Positions 42,238-52,968 of a DNA stretch of 64,000 nucleotides are shown piece after piece. How positions within the stretch are numbered: position 1 is the stretch's first letter; every line of letters begins with the position of its first letter. The notes beneath the pieces were generated by a model that was given only the letters and a program-made list of their open reading frames with translations, was not told the origin of the DNA and did not search any database. The stretch is from NCBI GenBank assembly GCA_965222155.1, contig CBDCTH010000012.1, forward strand, positions 2,784,001-2,848,000, written 5' to 3'. Source of the stretch: Gammaproteobacteria bacterium (GTDB taxonomy: Bacteria > Pseudomonadota > Gammaproteobacteria > Eutrophobiales > Eutrophobiaceae). A program made the translations under genes and the position numbers.

Positions 42238-42633
42238 ATGCGGATTCTGCTCGATACTTCATATATCTATCGATTGATGATGCAACCCGCGCGTTTATCT
42301 GACGCTGAGCGGTTGATCCTCACGAATCAGGCAATACAACTCTATGTGAGCGCCGTGTCGATCTGGGAGATGAGACTGAAATTCCAAAGCCGGGACTCGT
42401 CGGGTAGACGAAAGAGTTTTTTCGACCCGAATGTTGTGATCAAAATGCTTGAAGATCAGGATGTCATCTTCCTGCCAATAACCCCGAGCCACGCGGCCAG
42501 GTCGCTGGAGACTCCCATCGCCCATAAAGATCCATTTGATGAAATCCTGCTCGTTCAGGCTCAGGAAGAGGGGCTCAAGCTCCTTACCATCGACCGCCAA
42601 CTAATCGAACATCCACTGGCAGTCAGGGCATAG
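42238..42633 (+). CDS. VapC (PIN-domain) toxin
   Basis: ILLDTS, VSAVSIWE, HKDPFDEILLVQA, LLTID. Confidence 0.9.
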   Translation: MRILLDTSYIYRLMMQPARLSDAERLILTNQAIQLYVSAVSIWEMRLKFQSRDSSGRRKSFFDPNVVIKMLEDQDVIFLPITPSHAARSLETPIAHKDPFDEILLVQAQEEGLKLLTIDRQLIEHPLAVRA

Positions 42634-42644
42634 GGGTTATGGGG

Positions 42645-42663
42645 AATTAAGTATTGTGTCCCC
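42645..42663 (-). repeat. 19-bp repeat copy B (inverted)
   Basis: AATTAAGTATTGTGTCCCC immediately after vapC. Confidence 0.9.
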
Positions 42664-42679
42664 AAAATTTTTAAAAGCA

Positions 42680-43189
42680 TATGAAAAATATGCTGCACCA
42701 AAAGAATGCTTGATCGACTTAACCCCAGATAATGATTCTCTGCTTAATGCAACTCATTTGGAGAGCTACATTTCTTAGCTGGCAGCACGTTACTCACGGC
42801 CTGCACTACCCACGGAGTTCAACAACAGAATATCTGCCGTTGACCCAAAAGAGAAACTAAGAAAAAAAGCTAAAGGGGCTAATGAACAGCTATTAGGCAT
42901 CTATGTGGAGATAATTCCCGATGCAGAGATACCCAGAGAAAATGCCTATAGGGTTAACTTGTTAGGGCTAGTGTCCGCAGGCTTCGAAGGCGACTTGGCT
43001 GAAGCTGAACTCGCCCTGAACGAATATGCTGAAATTATGAGGCTGGCAAATGTGGACGTTGCCGCAGTGCTTCGACAAGAAAACGAAGTGTCCATTGCAG
43101 AGATAAAAAGATTCAAACGATTCTATTACGACGATTTGTCTTTCAAGGGAGGCACTCCACTTCCTGCAGAAGTGGAAACAATATTGTAG
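42680..43189 (+). pseudogene. 5'-truncated fragment of a hypothetical gene with an internal TAG
   Basis: The frame of ORF 42905-43189 extends upstream as ...LESYIS*LAARYSRPALPTEFNNR...; no start or RBS after repeat B. Confidence 0.55.
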
Positions 43190-43206
43190 TCGTTCATTGG
43201 CGTTAT

Positions 43207-43307
43207 GGGGACACAATACTTAATTGCCTGGCGGCTCCTTGTTTCACTGGATGCCGGGTCAAGCCCGGCATGACGACGGGGAGCGGGGAATTAAGTATTG
43301 TGTCCCC
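43207..43307. repeat. Inverted pair of 19-bp repeats (copies C and D) enclosing one REP unit
   Basis: GGGGACACAATACTTAATT - 63 bp containing CTGGATGCCGGGTCAAGCCCGGCATGACG - AATTAAGTATTGTGTCCCC. Confidence 0.88.
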
Positions 43308-43332
43308 TTAATTGAATTGCCCGGAGGTCACC

Positions 43333-43361
43333 TTGACCGGCTTTCAACTGCGTTCTATATT
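43333..43361 (+). promoter_or_regulatory. Putative sigma70 promoter of the TIGR02449-zapA-ssrS unit
   Basis: TTGACC-17 nt-TATATT upstream of ATG 43413. Confidence 0.5.
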
Positions 43362-43412
43362 GATAGGGTACGCTTGCGTTATGAGGGGAAACCAACCGCG
43401 GAAATTTTAACT

Positions 43413-43637
43413 ATGTCTGAGAAAAAATTAGAAAATGTAGATTTGGGGGTGCTTGAAACACGGGTTGATGATCTTATCCGAACGGTTGATGCGCTGAAAA
43501 ACGAGAATTCCGCTTTGCGTCACCAGCAAAAAAACCTGATAAGTGAACGGGCCTTGCTCATTGAAAAAACCGAGCAGGCAAGGTTTCGCATTGAATCCAT
43601 GATTGCCCGGCTGCGGGCTATGGAAACACACCCATGA
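43413..43637 (+). CDS. TIGR02449-family/ZapB-like coiled-coil protein
   Basis: LETRVDDLI...LKNEN...LIEKTEQARFRIESMIARLRAME; directly upstream of zapA. Confidence 0.85.
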   Translation: MSEKKLENVDLGVLETRVDDLIRTVDALKNENSALRHQQKNLISERALLIEKTEQARFRIESMIARLRAMETHP

Positions 43638-43933
43638 CACGAGTCAAACCGGTTCCCGTATCAATTCTTGACAAGGAATACCTGATATCCTGTCCGGAAG
43701 ATGAGCGGGAACAGTTATATGCCGTGGTGGAATTTGTCAATGAAAAACTGCTTGAGGTGAAAAGCAGCGGTAACGTGATCGGCACGGAGCGCATCGTGAT
43801 CATGGCCGCCCTGAATATTGCCAATGAACTGATTGCATACAAACGGCGGAATAAGGACTATACTGAATCTGTAGGCTCTGTGGTTCAGCGCCTGCAGACA
43901 AAAATTGACGGCATTCTGACCAAGGATGAATAG
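43634..43933 (+). CDS. zapA: Cell division protein ZapA
   Basis: VSILDKEYLISCP, ERIVIMAALNIANEL. Confidence 0.93.
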   Translation: MTRVKPVPVSILDKEYLISCPEDEREQLYAVVEFVNEKLLEVKSSGNVIGTERIVIMAALNIANELIAYKRRNKDYTESVGSVVQRLQTKIDGILTKDE

Positions 43934-43947
43934 AAGTTTTGCAGTTT

Positions 43948-44136
43948 TGGGTATCTTCTGTCGCGTGCGTGAGCAGGCCGACAGAAACTTGAGCTTATTT
44001 CCTGTTATGAAGGGGACTGACCGCGTTATTGTGTGCAAGCCCACTTGAGGTGGGAAGCCTGATGTAGCGCTCGCTGTTCCCACTTGAACCTCTGGTTCAA
44101 GTTTAACGCCTGTAACGGCGCGGCGGTTGATACCCA
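43948..44136 (+). ncRNA. ssrS: 6S RNA
   Basis: Syntenic position after zapA; paired ends TGGGTATC/GATACCCA; about 189 nt; conserved CTTGAACC..GGTTCAAG hairpin. Confidence 0.85.
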
Positions 44137-44165
44137 CCTATAATTGGCATATTTTATATTTGGGG

Positions 44166-45686
44166 TCAGCTCAGGAACATCTTGTATACGGGGTTGTTGG
44201 TCTCTTCCGAATAGTCAATTCCCAGGCTGTCCAGGAATAGCTGGAACTCGTCGGCCTGGGGCGGCGGCACCTGTATGCCCATCAGCACCCGGCCGTTGGC
44301 GGCGCCGTGATTGCGGTAATGGAACAGGCTGATATTCCAGCGCTCGCCCATTTGTGTGAGAAAATGCAGCAGCGCCCCGGATCGCTCGGGAAATTCAAAC
44401 CTGTACAACAACTCATCGGTTATTCCGGCTGCATGGCCGCCTATCATGTAACGGATATGCATCTTCGCCACTTCATCATTGCTCAGGTCGATGACCTTGT
44501 AACCCTTGCTCTTCAGGTTTGCCAGCAACTGGTTTTTCTCGCGCACGCCACGACGCAACTGCACGCCAATGAAGATATGCGCTGCATCGGTATCACTGTA
44601 TCGATAATTGAATTCCGTGATCTGGCGGGCGCCCAGGTCATGGCACAGGGTGCGAAAGCTGCCGGGACGCTCGGGAATCGTGGTGCAGATCAATGCTTCG
44701 CGCTGTTCACCCAGAGCCGATAGTTCGGCGATGTGGCGCATACGATCGAAGTTCACGTTGGCGCCGCTGACAATGGCGATTAGTTGCCTGTTTTTTATCT
44801 TTTCCCGCTGCACATACTGTTTTAACCCGGTCAGGGCCAGGGCGCCGGCAGGTTCAGGGACGGAGCGGGTATCTTCAAATATGTCCTTGACTGCCGCGCA
44901 GATCTCATCGACGCTGACAGTCAGGACCTCGTCAACAAGTTCCCGGCAAATCCGGAATGTTTCTTCCCCGGCCTGGCGCACCGCGGCGCCATCGGCAAAA
45001 ATATCGACGTGGTCCAGCACTACCCGTTTCCCGCTTGTCAGCGCCTGGTACATGCTGGCGGCCCCGTCATGCTCTACGCCTATGATCTTTATCCCGGGGT
45101 TGCCTGCTTTCACGTGCAAGGCGACACCGGCGATTAAACCGCCGCCGCCGACCGGCACAAAGATGCAGTCGGGTTGCCGTTCACACTGTTGCAGCAGCTC
45201 CACGGCCACGGTGGCCTGGCCGGCGATAACCAGCGGGTGGTCATAGGGCGGGATGAAGGTCCTGCCCTCGGCAGCGGCAAGCTGTTCGGCAAACAGCCGG
45301 GCTTCATCGTAGGTATTGCCATGCAGCACAACCCTGGCGTTGAGACGCCGAACCGCACTGACCTTGATCTCCGGCGCCGTCTTCGGCATCACGATGGTTG
45401 CGCTGATATCCATTTTGCCGGCAGCCAGGGCAACGCCCTGGGCATGGTTGCCGGCGGACGCGGCGATCACGCCATTTTGCTTCTGCTCATCGCCCAGCGT
45501 GGCGACCAGGTTATAGGCGCCGCGTAATTTATAGGAAAATACCGATTGCTGATCCTCGCGCTTCAGCCAGACATGGTTGCGCAACACGGCCGAGGCCTGA
45601 TCGGCATAATCCAGAGCGGAGCGGCGCGCTACGGCGTATACCCTTGATGCCGCCGCGCTGATTAATGATTGGTATTCTTCAAACAT
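44166..45686 (-). CDS. ilvA: Threonine ammonia-lyase, biosynthetic
   Basis: KREDQQSVFSYKLRGAYN, ASAGNHAQG, C-terminal ACT-like repeats (FPERSGAL, SLFHYRNHG). Confidence 0.96.
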   Translation of the reverse strand: MFEEYQSLISAAASRVYAVARRSALDYADQASAVLRNHVWLKREDQQSVFSYKLRGAYNLVATLGDEQKQNGVIAASAGNHAQGVALAAGKMDISATIVMPKTAPEIKVSAVRRLNARVVLHGNTYDEARLFAEQLAAAEGRTFIPPYDHPLVIAGQATVAVELLQQCERQPDCIFVPVGGGGLIAGVALHVKAGNPGIKIIGVEHDGAASMYQALTSGKRVVLDHVDIFADGAAVRQAGEETFRICRELVDEVLTVSVDEICAAVKDIFEDTRSVPEPAGALALTGLKQYVQREKIKNRQLIAIVSGANVNFDRMRHIAELSALGEQREALICTTIPERPGSFRTLCHDLGARQITEFNYRYSDTDAAHIFIGVQLRRGVREKNQLLANLKSKGYKVIDLSNDEVAKMHIRYMIGGHAAGITDELLYRFEFPERSGALLHFLTQMGERWNISLFHYRNHGAANGRVLMGIQVPPPQADEFQLFLDSLGIDYSEETNNPVYKMFLS

Positions 45687-45705
45687 GCGTATAAGATAAC
45701 ATCAG

Positions 45706-45741
45706 CCCGGATTTACCACAAAAAAGCTTGAGAAATCCGGG
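45706..45741. mobile_element. 36-bp minimal relic of the CCCGGATTT-ended MITE
   Basis: CCCGGATTT-18 nt-AAATCCGGG; the right end TGAGAAATCCGGG is identical to the end of the 13643-13881 element. Confidence 0.55.
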
Positions 45742-45748
45742 CTATAAG

Positions 45749-45832
45749 CGAGTTCTGGGGACACAACGAGTTCTGGGGACACAATACTTAATTCTCAATT
45801 CCACGACCGGGGACAGATTTCAAATCTGTCCC
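45749..45832. repeat. 19-bp repeat copy E with a tandem partial duplication, plus a GGGGACAGATTT palindrome
   Basis: CGAGTTCTGGGGACACAA twice, then TACTTAATT; GGGGACAGATTTCAAATCTGTCCC at 45809-45832. Confidence 0.85.
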
Positions 45833-45859
45833 TTTTTCTCAAAGGAGACATTGCATTAC

Positions 45860-46513
45860 ATGAGCCAGCAAAATAAACAACGGGTCGCCCGGGCCGCACT
45901 GGAGTTTATCGAAGATGATATGGTCGTGGGCGTCGGCACCGGCAGCACGGTAAACTGCTTTATCGATGAACTGGTCCGGATCAGGCATCGCATCGACGCC
46001 GCGGTGGCCAGTTCGGTCGCAACTGAAGCGCGGTTAAGACAACATAATATCCCCATCATCGACCTGAATGGCGTACGCGAACTCTCTGTTTACGTGGACG
46101 GCGCCGATGAGGCCACGCGCCACCTGCAACTGATAAAAGGCGGCGGCGGCGCCCTGACCCGGGAGAAGATCACCGCAGCCGTCAGTAACCGGTTTATCTG
46201 CATTGTCGATGACACAAAGATGGTGGACGTCCTGGGTTCATTTCCGTTACCGGTTGAGGTCATTCCCATGGCGCGCAGCTACGTCGCCCGGGAAATCGTG
46301 AAGCTGGGTGGCCAACCGGTGTTAAGGGAGAACTTCAGCACCGATAACGGCAACGTTATCCTGGATATCCACAACCTGTCCATCGTCAACCCGGTTGAGA
46401 TGGAGGGGAAAATCGACGATATAGTCGGTGTGGTTACCAACGGCCTGTTTGCCCGGCGGCGCGCCGATTTGCTGCTAATTGCCGATGACCGGCAAGTGGT
46501 AAGGCTAGGTTGA
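45860..46513 (+). CDS. rpiA: Ribose-5-phosphate isomerase A
   Basis: [24 protein letters not shown]; divergent from ilvA as in many Gammaproteobacteria. Confidence 0.96.
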   Translation: MSQQNKQRVARAALEFIEDDMVVGVGTGSTVNCFIDELVRIRHRIDAAVASSVATEARLRQHNIPIIDLNGVRELSVYVDGADEATRHLQLIKGGGGALTREKITAAVSNRFICIVDDTKMVDVLGSFPLPVEVIPMARSYVAREIVKLGGQPVLRENFSTDNGNVILDIHNLSIVNPVEMEGKIDDIVGVVTNGLFARRRADLLLIADDRQVVRLG

Positions 46514-46563
46514 TCCTGCATGAACGGCGCGGGGGATGGATTTACAATCCGTACCCTGATCTC

Positions 46564-46681
46564 CCGTCATTCCGGCGTATGCCGGAATCCAGTTGAAAAC
46601 ATTATTCCTTGTATAATGATGAAGGTTAATTACTGGATTCCTGCCCCTGCTCAACAGCATACAGGGGTAAACTTTCGCAGG
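46564..46681. repeat. REP-like doublet whose right arm is interrupted by a ~30-bp hairpin
   Basis: CGTCATTCCGGCGTATGCCGGAATCCAG...CTGGATTCCTG[CCCCTGCTCAACAGCATACAGGGGTAAA]CTTTCGCAGG. Confidence 0.75.
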
Positions 46682-46702
46682 TGCGGGGCGGGTTCGCGGG
46701 TG

Positions 46703-47665
<963 letters not shown>

Positions 47666-47701
47666 CTACACACCTGCTTGATATTTTACCCTGGAAACGA
47701 C

Positions 47702-48298
47702 ATGAGTAATGAAAGACAGGCCTTGCAGAAAAGGTCGACAAAAGAAACGGACATATCCGTCGGGCTGAAGCTGGACGGTACGGGCGCGGCTGATTTGCAC
47801 ATCGGCGTCCCGTTTCTCGAACACATGCTTGACCAGGTTGCCCGGCATGGCATGTTCGACCTGGACATCAAGGCCCGGGGCGACCTGGAAATCGACGCGC
47901 ATCATACCGTTGAGGACGTGGGCATCACCCTGGGGCAGGCCTTCAGGCAGGCGCTGGGGGACAAGCGCGGGATCCGCCGTTACGGACACGCTTATGTGCC
48001 CCTGGATGAAGCCTTATCCCGGGTAGTACTGGATTTCTCCGGCAGGCCCGGCCTGGAATACCAGGTTGACTATCCCCGGGCCCGGGTGGGAGAATTCGAT
48101 ATCGACTTGCTGCGCGAGTTTTTCCAGGGATTTGTCAACCATGCGATGGTCACCCTGCATATAGATAATATGCGCGGCAGGAATTCGCACCATATCGCCG
48201 AAACGATCTTCAAGGCATTTGGCCGGGCCTTGCGTATGGCCGTGGAGCCGGACCCGCGCATGGAGGGCATCCTGCCTTCAACAAAAGGCAGTTTATAA
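47702..48298 (+). CDS. hisB: Imidazoleglycerol-phosphate dehydratase
   Basis: [31 protein letters not shown]. Confidence 0.96.
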   Translation: MSNERQALQKRSTKETDISVGLKLDGTGAADLHIGVPFLEHMLDQVARHGMFDLDIKARGDLEIDAHHTVEDVGITLGQAFRQALGDKRGIRRYGHAYVPLDEALSRVVLDFSGRPGLEYQVDYPRARVGEFDIDLLREFFQGFVNHAMVTLHIDNMRGRNSHHIAETIFKAFGRALRMAVEPDPRMEGILPSTKGSL

Positions 48299-48314
48299 CC
48301 GGTATACGCCAACA

Positions 48315-48965
48315 ATGGCGCAGCTTAAAACCATCGCTATCCTAGACTATGGTTCCGGCAACCTGCGCTCTGTAGCCAAAGCGCTCGAGTACGTCGCGGG
48401 TAATGATTATGGCGTGCTGGTCAGCAGCGACCACGACGCGGTCATGGACGCCGAACGTATTGTTTTTCCGGGCCAGGGCGCCATCGGCCAATGTATGCAG
48501 ACCCTGATCGGAAAAGGCTTTCCGGAACTGCTCAGGGAGTGCATCTACAGTAAACCGTTTCTGGGTATCTGCCTGGGCTTACAGACTCTGATGGACTTCA
48601 GCGAAGAAGATAACGGAACTGAGGGCCTGGCGGTGCTGCCCGGCAAGGTGCGCCGGTTTCCGGCGGCTGTCCGAGACGAAAACGGCGACCTGTACAAGAT
48701 TCCGCACATGGGTTGGAACGAGGTGAGACAGGCGAAGCCCCATCCCCTGTGGAAAAACATCCGGGACGATGAGCGGTTTTATTTTGTTCACAGTTATTGT
48801 GTGCAGCCGGAGTGTGAGTCCGACTCTGCCGGGACGACGGATTATATTGTTAATTTCACATCCGCCGCGGCGCGGGACAATTTATTCGCAACGCAATTTC
48901 ACCCGGAAAAGAGCCAGCGCGCCGGGCTTACCCTGCTGAGGAATTTCCTGGAATGGCAGCCCTGA
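48315..48965 (+). CDS. hisH: Imidazole glycerol phosphate synthase, glutaminase subunit
   Basis: DYGSGNLRSV, GICLG, PHMGWN, YFVHSY, QFHPEKS. Confidence 0.96.
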   Translation: MAQLKTIAILDYGSGNLRSVAKALEYVAGNDYGVLVSSDHDAVMDAERIVFPGQGAIGQCMQTLIGKGFPELLRECIYSKPFLGICLGLQTLMDFSEEDNGTEGLAVLPGKVRRFPAAVRDENGDLYKIPHMGWNEVRQAKPHPLWKNIRDDERFYFVHSYCVQPECESDSAGTTDYIVNFTSAAARDNLFATQFHPEKSQRAGLTLLRNFLEWQP

Positions 48966-49032
48966 CCTATACAGGCCGCAACGCCGCTGACACGAGCCGG
49001 CACAAGGATACACGTATAGGAAGTTACAAAGA

Positions 49033-49059
49033 CCGGGGGCAGATTTAGCCTGCCCCCGG
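49033..49059. terminator. Hairpin terminator between convergent hisH and HU genes
   Basis: CCGGGGGCAG-7 nt-CTGCCCCCGG with A/T-rich flanks. Confidence 0.7.
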
Positions 49060-49069
49060 CTTGTGTTTT

Positions 49070-49402
49070 CTACGAAATTGAATCTTTAAGCGCTTTTAAT
49101 GGCGTTGCCCTTACAGCAACGGTTGCCGGTTTTGCCGGGATGGTTATTTTCTCTCCTGTGGCCGGGTTTATACCGGGACGTTCGGAACGGGCAGGTTTTA
49201 TCACCCTGCTCAATTTAACGCCCATCGACGGCACGGTAAATTCCCCGGAAGCTCCATTTTGCAGATGACGCACCGCCAGGCCGGCAATTGAATCCAGCAC
49301 AGCTGCTACCTGTTTTTTGGTCAGTCCCGCATCTTCAGCAACATGTGCCAGAATTTGTGATTTGGTTTGCTTATCAGCAATAGCTTGAGGTTTGTCAGCC
49401 AT
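49070..49402 (-). CDS. HU family DNA-binding protein
   Basis: TKSQIL...GLTKKQV, GINPATGEKITIPAKP, KALKD. Confidence 0.9.
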   Translation of the reverse strand: MADKPQAIADKQTKSQILAHVAEDAGLTKKQVAAVLDSIAGLAVRHLQNGASGEFTVPSMGVKLSRVIKPARSERPGINPATGEKITIPAKPATVAVRATPLKALKDSIS

Positions 49403-49708
49403 ATCTGCCCCTCATTTTGGATATGTATGGTTAAAGTTTTATAGTTAGTTAAATCCGTCACTTCCTGTTCCGAGTAGTCCCAGACAAAGCAAATCAAAGG
49501 TCCCCGCGTCTGAGGAAAGTTCCCTCCCAGGTTGCGATTATATTATAAAATCAAATGAGTTAAAGTTAAATGAGCATTTTTTTTTCTTATTGTTATGGAA
49601 AGTCGCCGTACTGACTTGATCGCGCCGGTCTGCTACCGCCAAATCGATAAAATTCAGGACAACATCCTGGTTTTTGGCGCTGGTAAATTTGGCGGGGATA
49701 GCTTTGCG

Positions 49709-51016
49709 TTACCGGTACGGCCTCAGGTAGCCGGGCGCTGCTTCCCGCGCTACTGCCCGGTAGCCGATATCGCTGCGGTAAAACAGGGCTTCACAATCTA
49801 TCGCCCGCACTGCTTCGTATGCCTTGTTCCTGGCGCTGGTAACGTCGTCGGCCAGTGCCGTCACGCACAGCACCCGGCCACCGCTGGTGAGGATTTCATC
49901 GGCGTCTTGCCGGGTTCCGGCATGGAAAACCTTTACCGGCCCGGTTATCTTGTCGAGGCCGTTGATCGCCCTGTCCCGGGTGGCGCTGTCCGGATACCCG
50001 GACGAGGCCATTACCACGCCGACCGCCGCGCGCGGGTCCCAGGAAACGGCGGCAGCGTGCAGGCGCCGGGTCAGGGCCATGTCACATAATGCCGCTAAAT
50101 CCCCTTGCAGGCGCATCATGACAGGCTGGGTCTCAGGGTCGCCGAGACGGCAATTAAACTCAAGGACCTGCACATCACCGCTGGCGTCGATCATGAGTCC
50201 GGCATAGAGAAATCCCAGGTAGGGACTGCCATCCGCACGCATTCCCGCCACGGCCGGTTCTATGACCCGGCGCATGATCCTGTCATGCAGGGCTTGATCC
50301 ATTATGGAAGCCGGGGAATATGCGCCCATTCCACCGGTATTAGGACCTGAATCACCATCGTCCCTGGCTTTATGGTCCTGGGAGCTGGCCAGCGGGACGA
50401 CATTCTCACCGTCGCTGATGACGATGAAGCTGGCCTCCTCCCCGGCAATAAAGTGCTCTATCACGACCCGTTGTCCCGCTGCACCGAATTTCCCGCCGGA
50501 CAACATGTCGCTGACGGCGCGCCTGGCGTCGGCCAGGGTCCGGGCAACGATCACCCCCTTGCCCGCGGCCAGGCCGTCTGCCTTGACGACCAGCGGCAGG
50601 CTCCTTGATCGGAGGTAATCCAGGGCGGCCCCGAGGTCGGTAAAGGTCTCATAATCTGCCGTGGGAATCCCGTGGCGGCGCAGAAAGACCTTGCTGAAAC
50701 TCTTCGAGCCTTCCAGCCTGGCAGCATCTTTCGATGGGCCGAAACAGCGCAACCCTGCATCGGTAAACGCATCTGCAATGCCGGAGACCAGGGGCGCTTC
50801 GGGCCCCACGATGGTGAGTGACACGGCCTGGCGCCGGGCAAATGCAATCAGGCCCGGCGTGTCCGCGGGCGCCAGCGGGATATTTTCGACTTTATCCTCC
50901 AGCGCCGTGCCGGCGTTGCCCGGCGCAACGTAGACCTTGTCCACATCGGGCGATTGGGCCGCCTTCCAGGCCAGGGCATGTTCGCGCCCGCCGCCGCCGA
51001 TGATCAGGACGTTCAT
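49709..51016 (-). CDS. purD: Phosphoribosylamine--glycine ligase
   Basis: [40 protein letters not shown]. Confidence 0.97.
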   Translation of the reverse strand: MNVLIIGGGGREHALAWKAAQSPDVDKVYVAPGNAGTALEDKVENIPLAPADTPGLIAFARRQAVSLTIVGPEAPLVSGIADAFTDAGLRCFGPSKDAARLEGSKSFSKVFLRRHGIPTADYETFTDLGAALDYLRSRSLPLVVKADGLAAGKGVIVARTLADARRAVSDMLSGGKFGAAGQRVVIEHFIAGEEASFIVISDGENVVPLASSQDHKARDDGDSGPNTGGMGAYSPASIMDQALHDRIMRRVIEPAVAGMRADGSPYLGFLYAGLMIDASGDVQVLEFNCRLGDPETQPVMMRLQGDLAALCDMALTRRLHAAAVSWDPRAAVGVVMASSGYPDSATRDRAINGLDKITGPVKVFHAGTRQDADEILTSGGRVLCVTALADDVTSARNKAYEAVRAIDCEALFYRSDIGYRAVAREAAPGYLRPYR

Positions 51017-51020
51017 ATTC

Positions 51021-52583
51021 TCAATGGCGAAAATGTCTCATTGAGGTGAACACCATTGCCATGCCGTGTTCATCCACCGCCGCGATCACCTCTTTATCGC
51101 GCACCGACCCTCCCGGCTGTATGACAGCCTTGATACCTGACTCCGCAGCGGCATCGATGCCGTCCCTGAATGGAAAAAACGCATCCGACGCCATCACCGC
51201 GCCGGCAACCTGCAAGCCCGCGTCGGCTGCCTTGAGCGCGGCGATACGGGCGCTGTAGATCCGGCTCATCTGGCCGGCGCCGATCCCTATAGTCCGGCGC
51301 CGGCCGGCATAGACAATGGCATTGGACTTGACGTATTTCACCACTTGCCAGGCGAACAACATATCATCCAGTTCCGCGGCATCCGGCATACGGCTGGATA
51401 CCACCTTTAATTGTTCCGGCTTGAGCATTCCCGTATCAGCGTCCTGGACCAATAAGCCGCCACTGACGCGTTTCAGCTCAAGCTGCCCGGGCTGGCGCGC
51501 CCGCGCGCCGGTAACCAGTACGCGTATCCCGGACTTTGTTCCTGTTATCGGCAGGACGCCGTCTTCCAGGTCCGGCGCCAGGATGACTTCCACGAATTGC
51601 CGCTCAATGATGGTTTGCGCGGTCTCCTTATCCAGGCTGTGGTTGAAGGCGATGATGCCGCCGAACGCGGAAACCGGATCGGTGGCGTAGGCCGCGTTAT
51701 AAGCATCGAGCAGCGAACCGCCTGCCGCTACACCACAGGGGTTGGCGTGCTTGACTATGACACAGGCAGGATCGTTAAAACCCAATACACATTCCAGGGC
51801 GGCATCGGCGTCGGCAAGATTGTTGTAGGAAAGCGCCTTGCCCTGCAACTGGCGGGCGCCGGCCAGGGTTCCGGCGGGGGGTTTCGGTTCCGTGTAGAAG
51901 GCCGCGGTTTGATGGGGATTCTCCCCATAGCGCAACTGTTCGGCAAGGTTAAACTGCATTGAGTAGGTGTCGGGGTAATTCCTGGCGCTGCCCTGGTGGT
52001 CCGTTGCGCCCAGGTAATTTGCCACGTTGGCATCGTAGTTCGCGCTATGGGAGAAGGCTTTCTGCGCCAGCCTGAAACAGGTCGGGACACTCAGCCGGTT
52101 GTCGTTTTCCCGTAACTCTTTCAATACACCGGCGTAATCTTCGACGTCAACGAGGACCCCGGTGTATTCATAATTTTTGGCCGCCGCCCTGAGCATGGTC
52201 GGCCCGCCTATATCGATATTCTCTATCGCTTCGGCCAGGCTACAGTCAGGGCGCTTGACGGTCGCTTCAAACGGATACAGGTTGACGATAACGAGATCGA
52301 TCGGCGCAATATCGAGCTGTTCCATGATCGCGTCGTCCCGGCCGCGTCGCCCCAGCAGGCCGCCGTGAATCTTCGGGTGCAGTGTTTTTACCCTGCCGTC
52401 CATTATCTCGGGAAACCCGGTATAGGCCGATACATCCGTCACCGGAATACTATGGGATTGCAGCAGTCTGAAGGTGCCGCCGGTAGAGATGATGACGATG
52501 CCCAGTCGCTCAAGATCGCGACTGAATTCCACGATGCCGGATTTGTCCGAGACGCTGATCAGTGCGCGCCTTACACTCACCAT
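51021..52583 (-). CDS. purH: Bifunctional AICAR formyltransferase/IMP cyclohydrolase
   Basis: [38 protein letters not shown]. Confidence 0.97.
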   Translation of the reverse strand: MVSVRRALISVSDKSGIVEFSRDLERLGIVIISTGGTFRLLQSHSIPVTDVSAYTGFPEIMDGRVKTLHPKIHGGLLGRRGRDDAIMEQLDIAPIDLVIVNLYPFEATVKRPDCSLAEAIENIDIGGPTMLRAAAKNYEYTGVLVDVEDYAGVLKELRENDNRLSVPTCFRLAQKAFSHSANYDANVANYLGATDHQGSARNYPDTYSMQFNLAEQLRYGENPHQTAAFYTEPKPPAGTLAGARQLQGKALSYNNLADADAALECVLGFNDPACVIVKHANPCGVAAGGSLLDAYNAAYATDPVSAFGGIIAFNHSLDKETAQTIIERQFVEVILAPDLEDGVLPITGTKSGIRVLVTGARARQPGQLELKRVSGGLLVQDADTGMLKPEQLKVVSSRMPDAAELDDMLFAWQVVKYVKSNAIVYAGRRRTIGIGAGQMSRIYSARIAALKAADAGLQVAGAVMASDAFFPFRDGIDAAAESGIKAVIQPGGSVRDKEVIAAVDEHGMAMVFTSMRHFRH

Positions 52584-52584
52584 A

Positions 52585-52857
52585 TCAGCGGACTATACCG
52601 TATTTCTTCAATCGTCCCAGTACCGTACCCCGGTTCAAGCCCAGTGCTTGTGCGGTACGGCTTATGTTGCCGTTGTAGTGATTCAATACAACTTCAAACA
52701 GCGGTTTTTCGGCTTGGGAAATGACGAGTTCATACAGATCGGAGGTATCTTCTCCCTCCAGATCGTTAAAATAATTATGCAAGGCCTGTTCCACGCATCC
52801 ACTCAGGGATTGAGCAGTGGAATTTCGCTTTGTTGAATCCTGTTTGGTCGACGTCAT
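52585..52857 (-). CDS. fis: Fis family DNA-binding protein
   Basis: [29 protein letters not shown]; upstream of purH. Confidence 0.88.
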   Translation of the reverse strand: MTSTKQDSTKRNSTAQSLSGCVEQALHNYFNDLEGEDTSDLYELVISQAEKPLFEVVLNHYNGNISRTAQALGLNRGTVLGRLKKYGIVR

Positions 52858-52968
52858 TTATATTTTGCTTCGGTATAAGATTTTAATCCTTATCTATACC
52901 TTTTTTCCCCTGATTTTCACAATAGCAACCAATGCGCGTTCATGCAATCCCTTTTGGCGAACAACCTG

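Noticed and set aside
41839-42663. Tn3-family inverted repeats, because of the GGGG start
   Set aside because: Only 19 bp, no similarity beyond GGGG to the 38-bp Tn3 IR, and no 5-bp target duplication.
39889-43307. Integron cassette array
   Set aside because: No intI gene, and the repeats lack attC architecture (RYYYAAC...GTTRRRY with L/R boxes); they occur in inverted pairs rather than in direct orientation.
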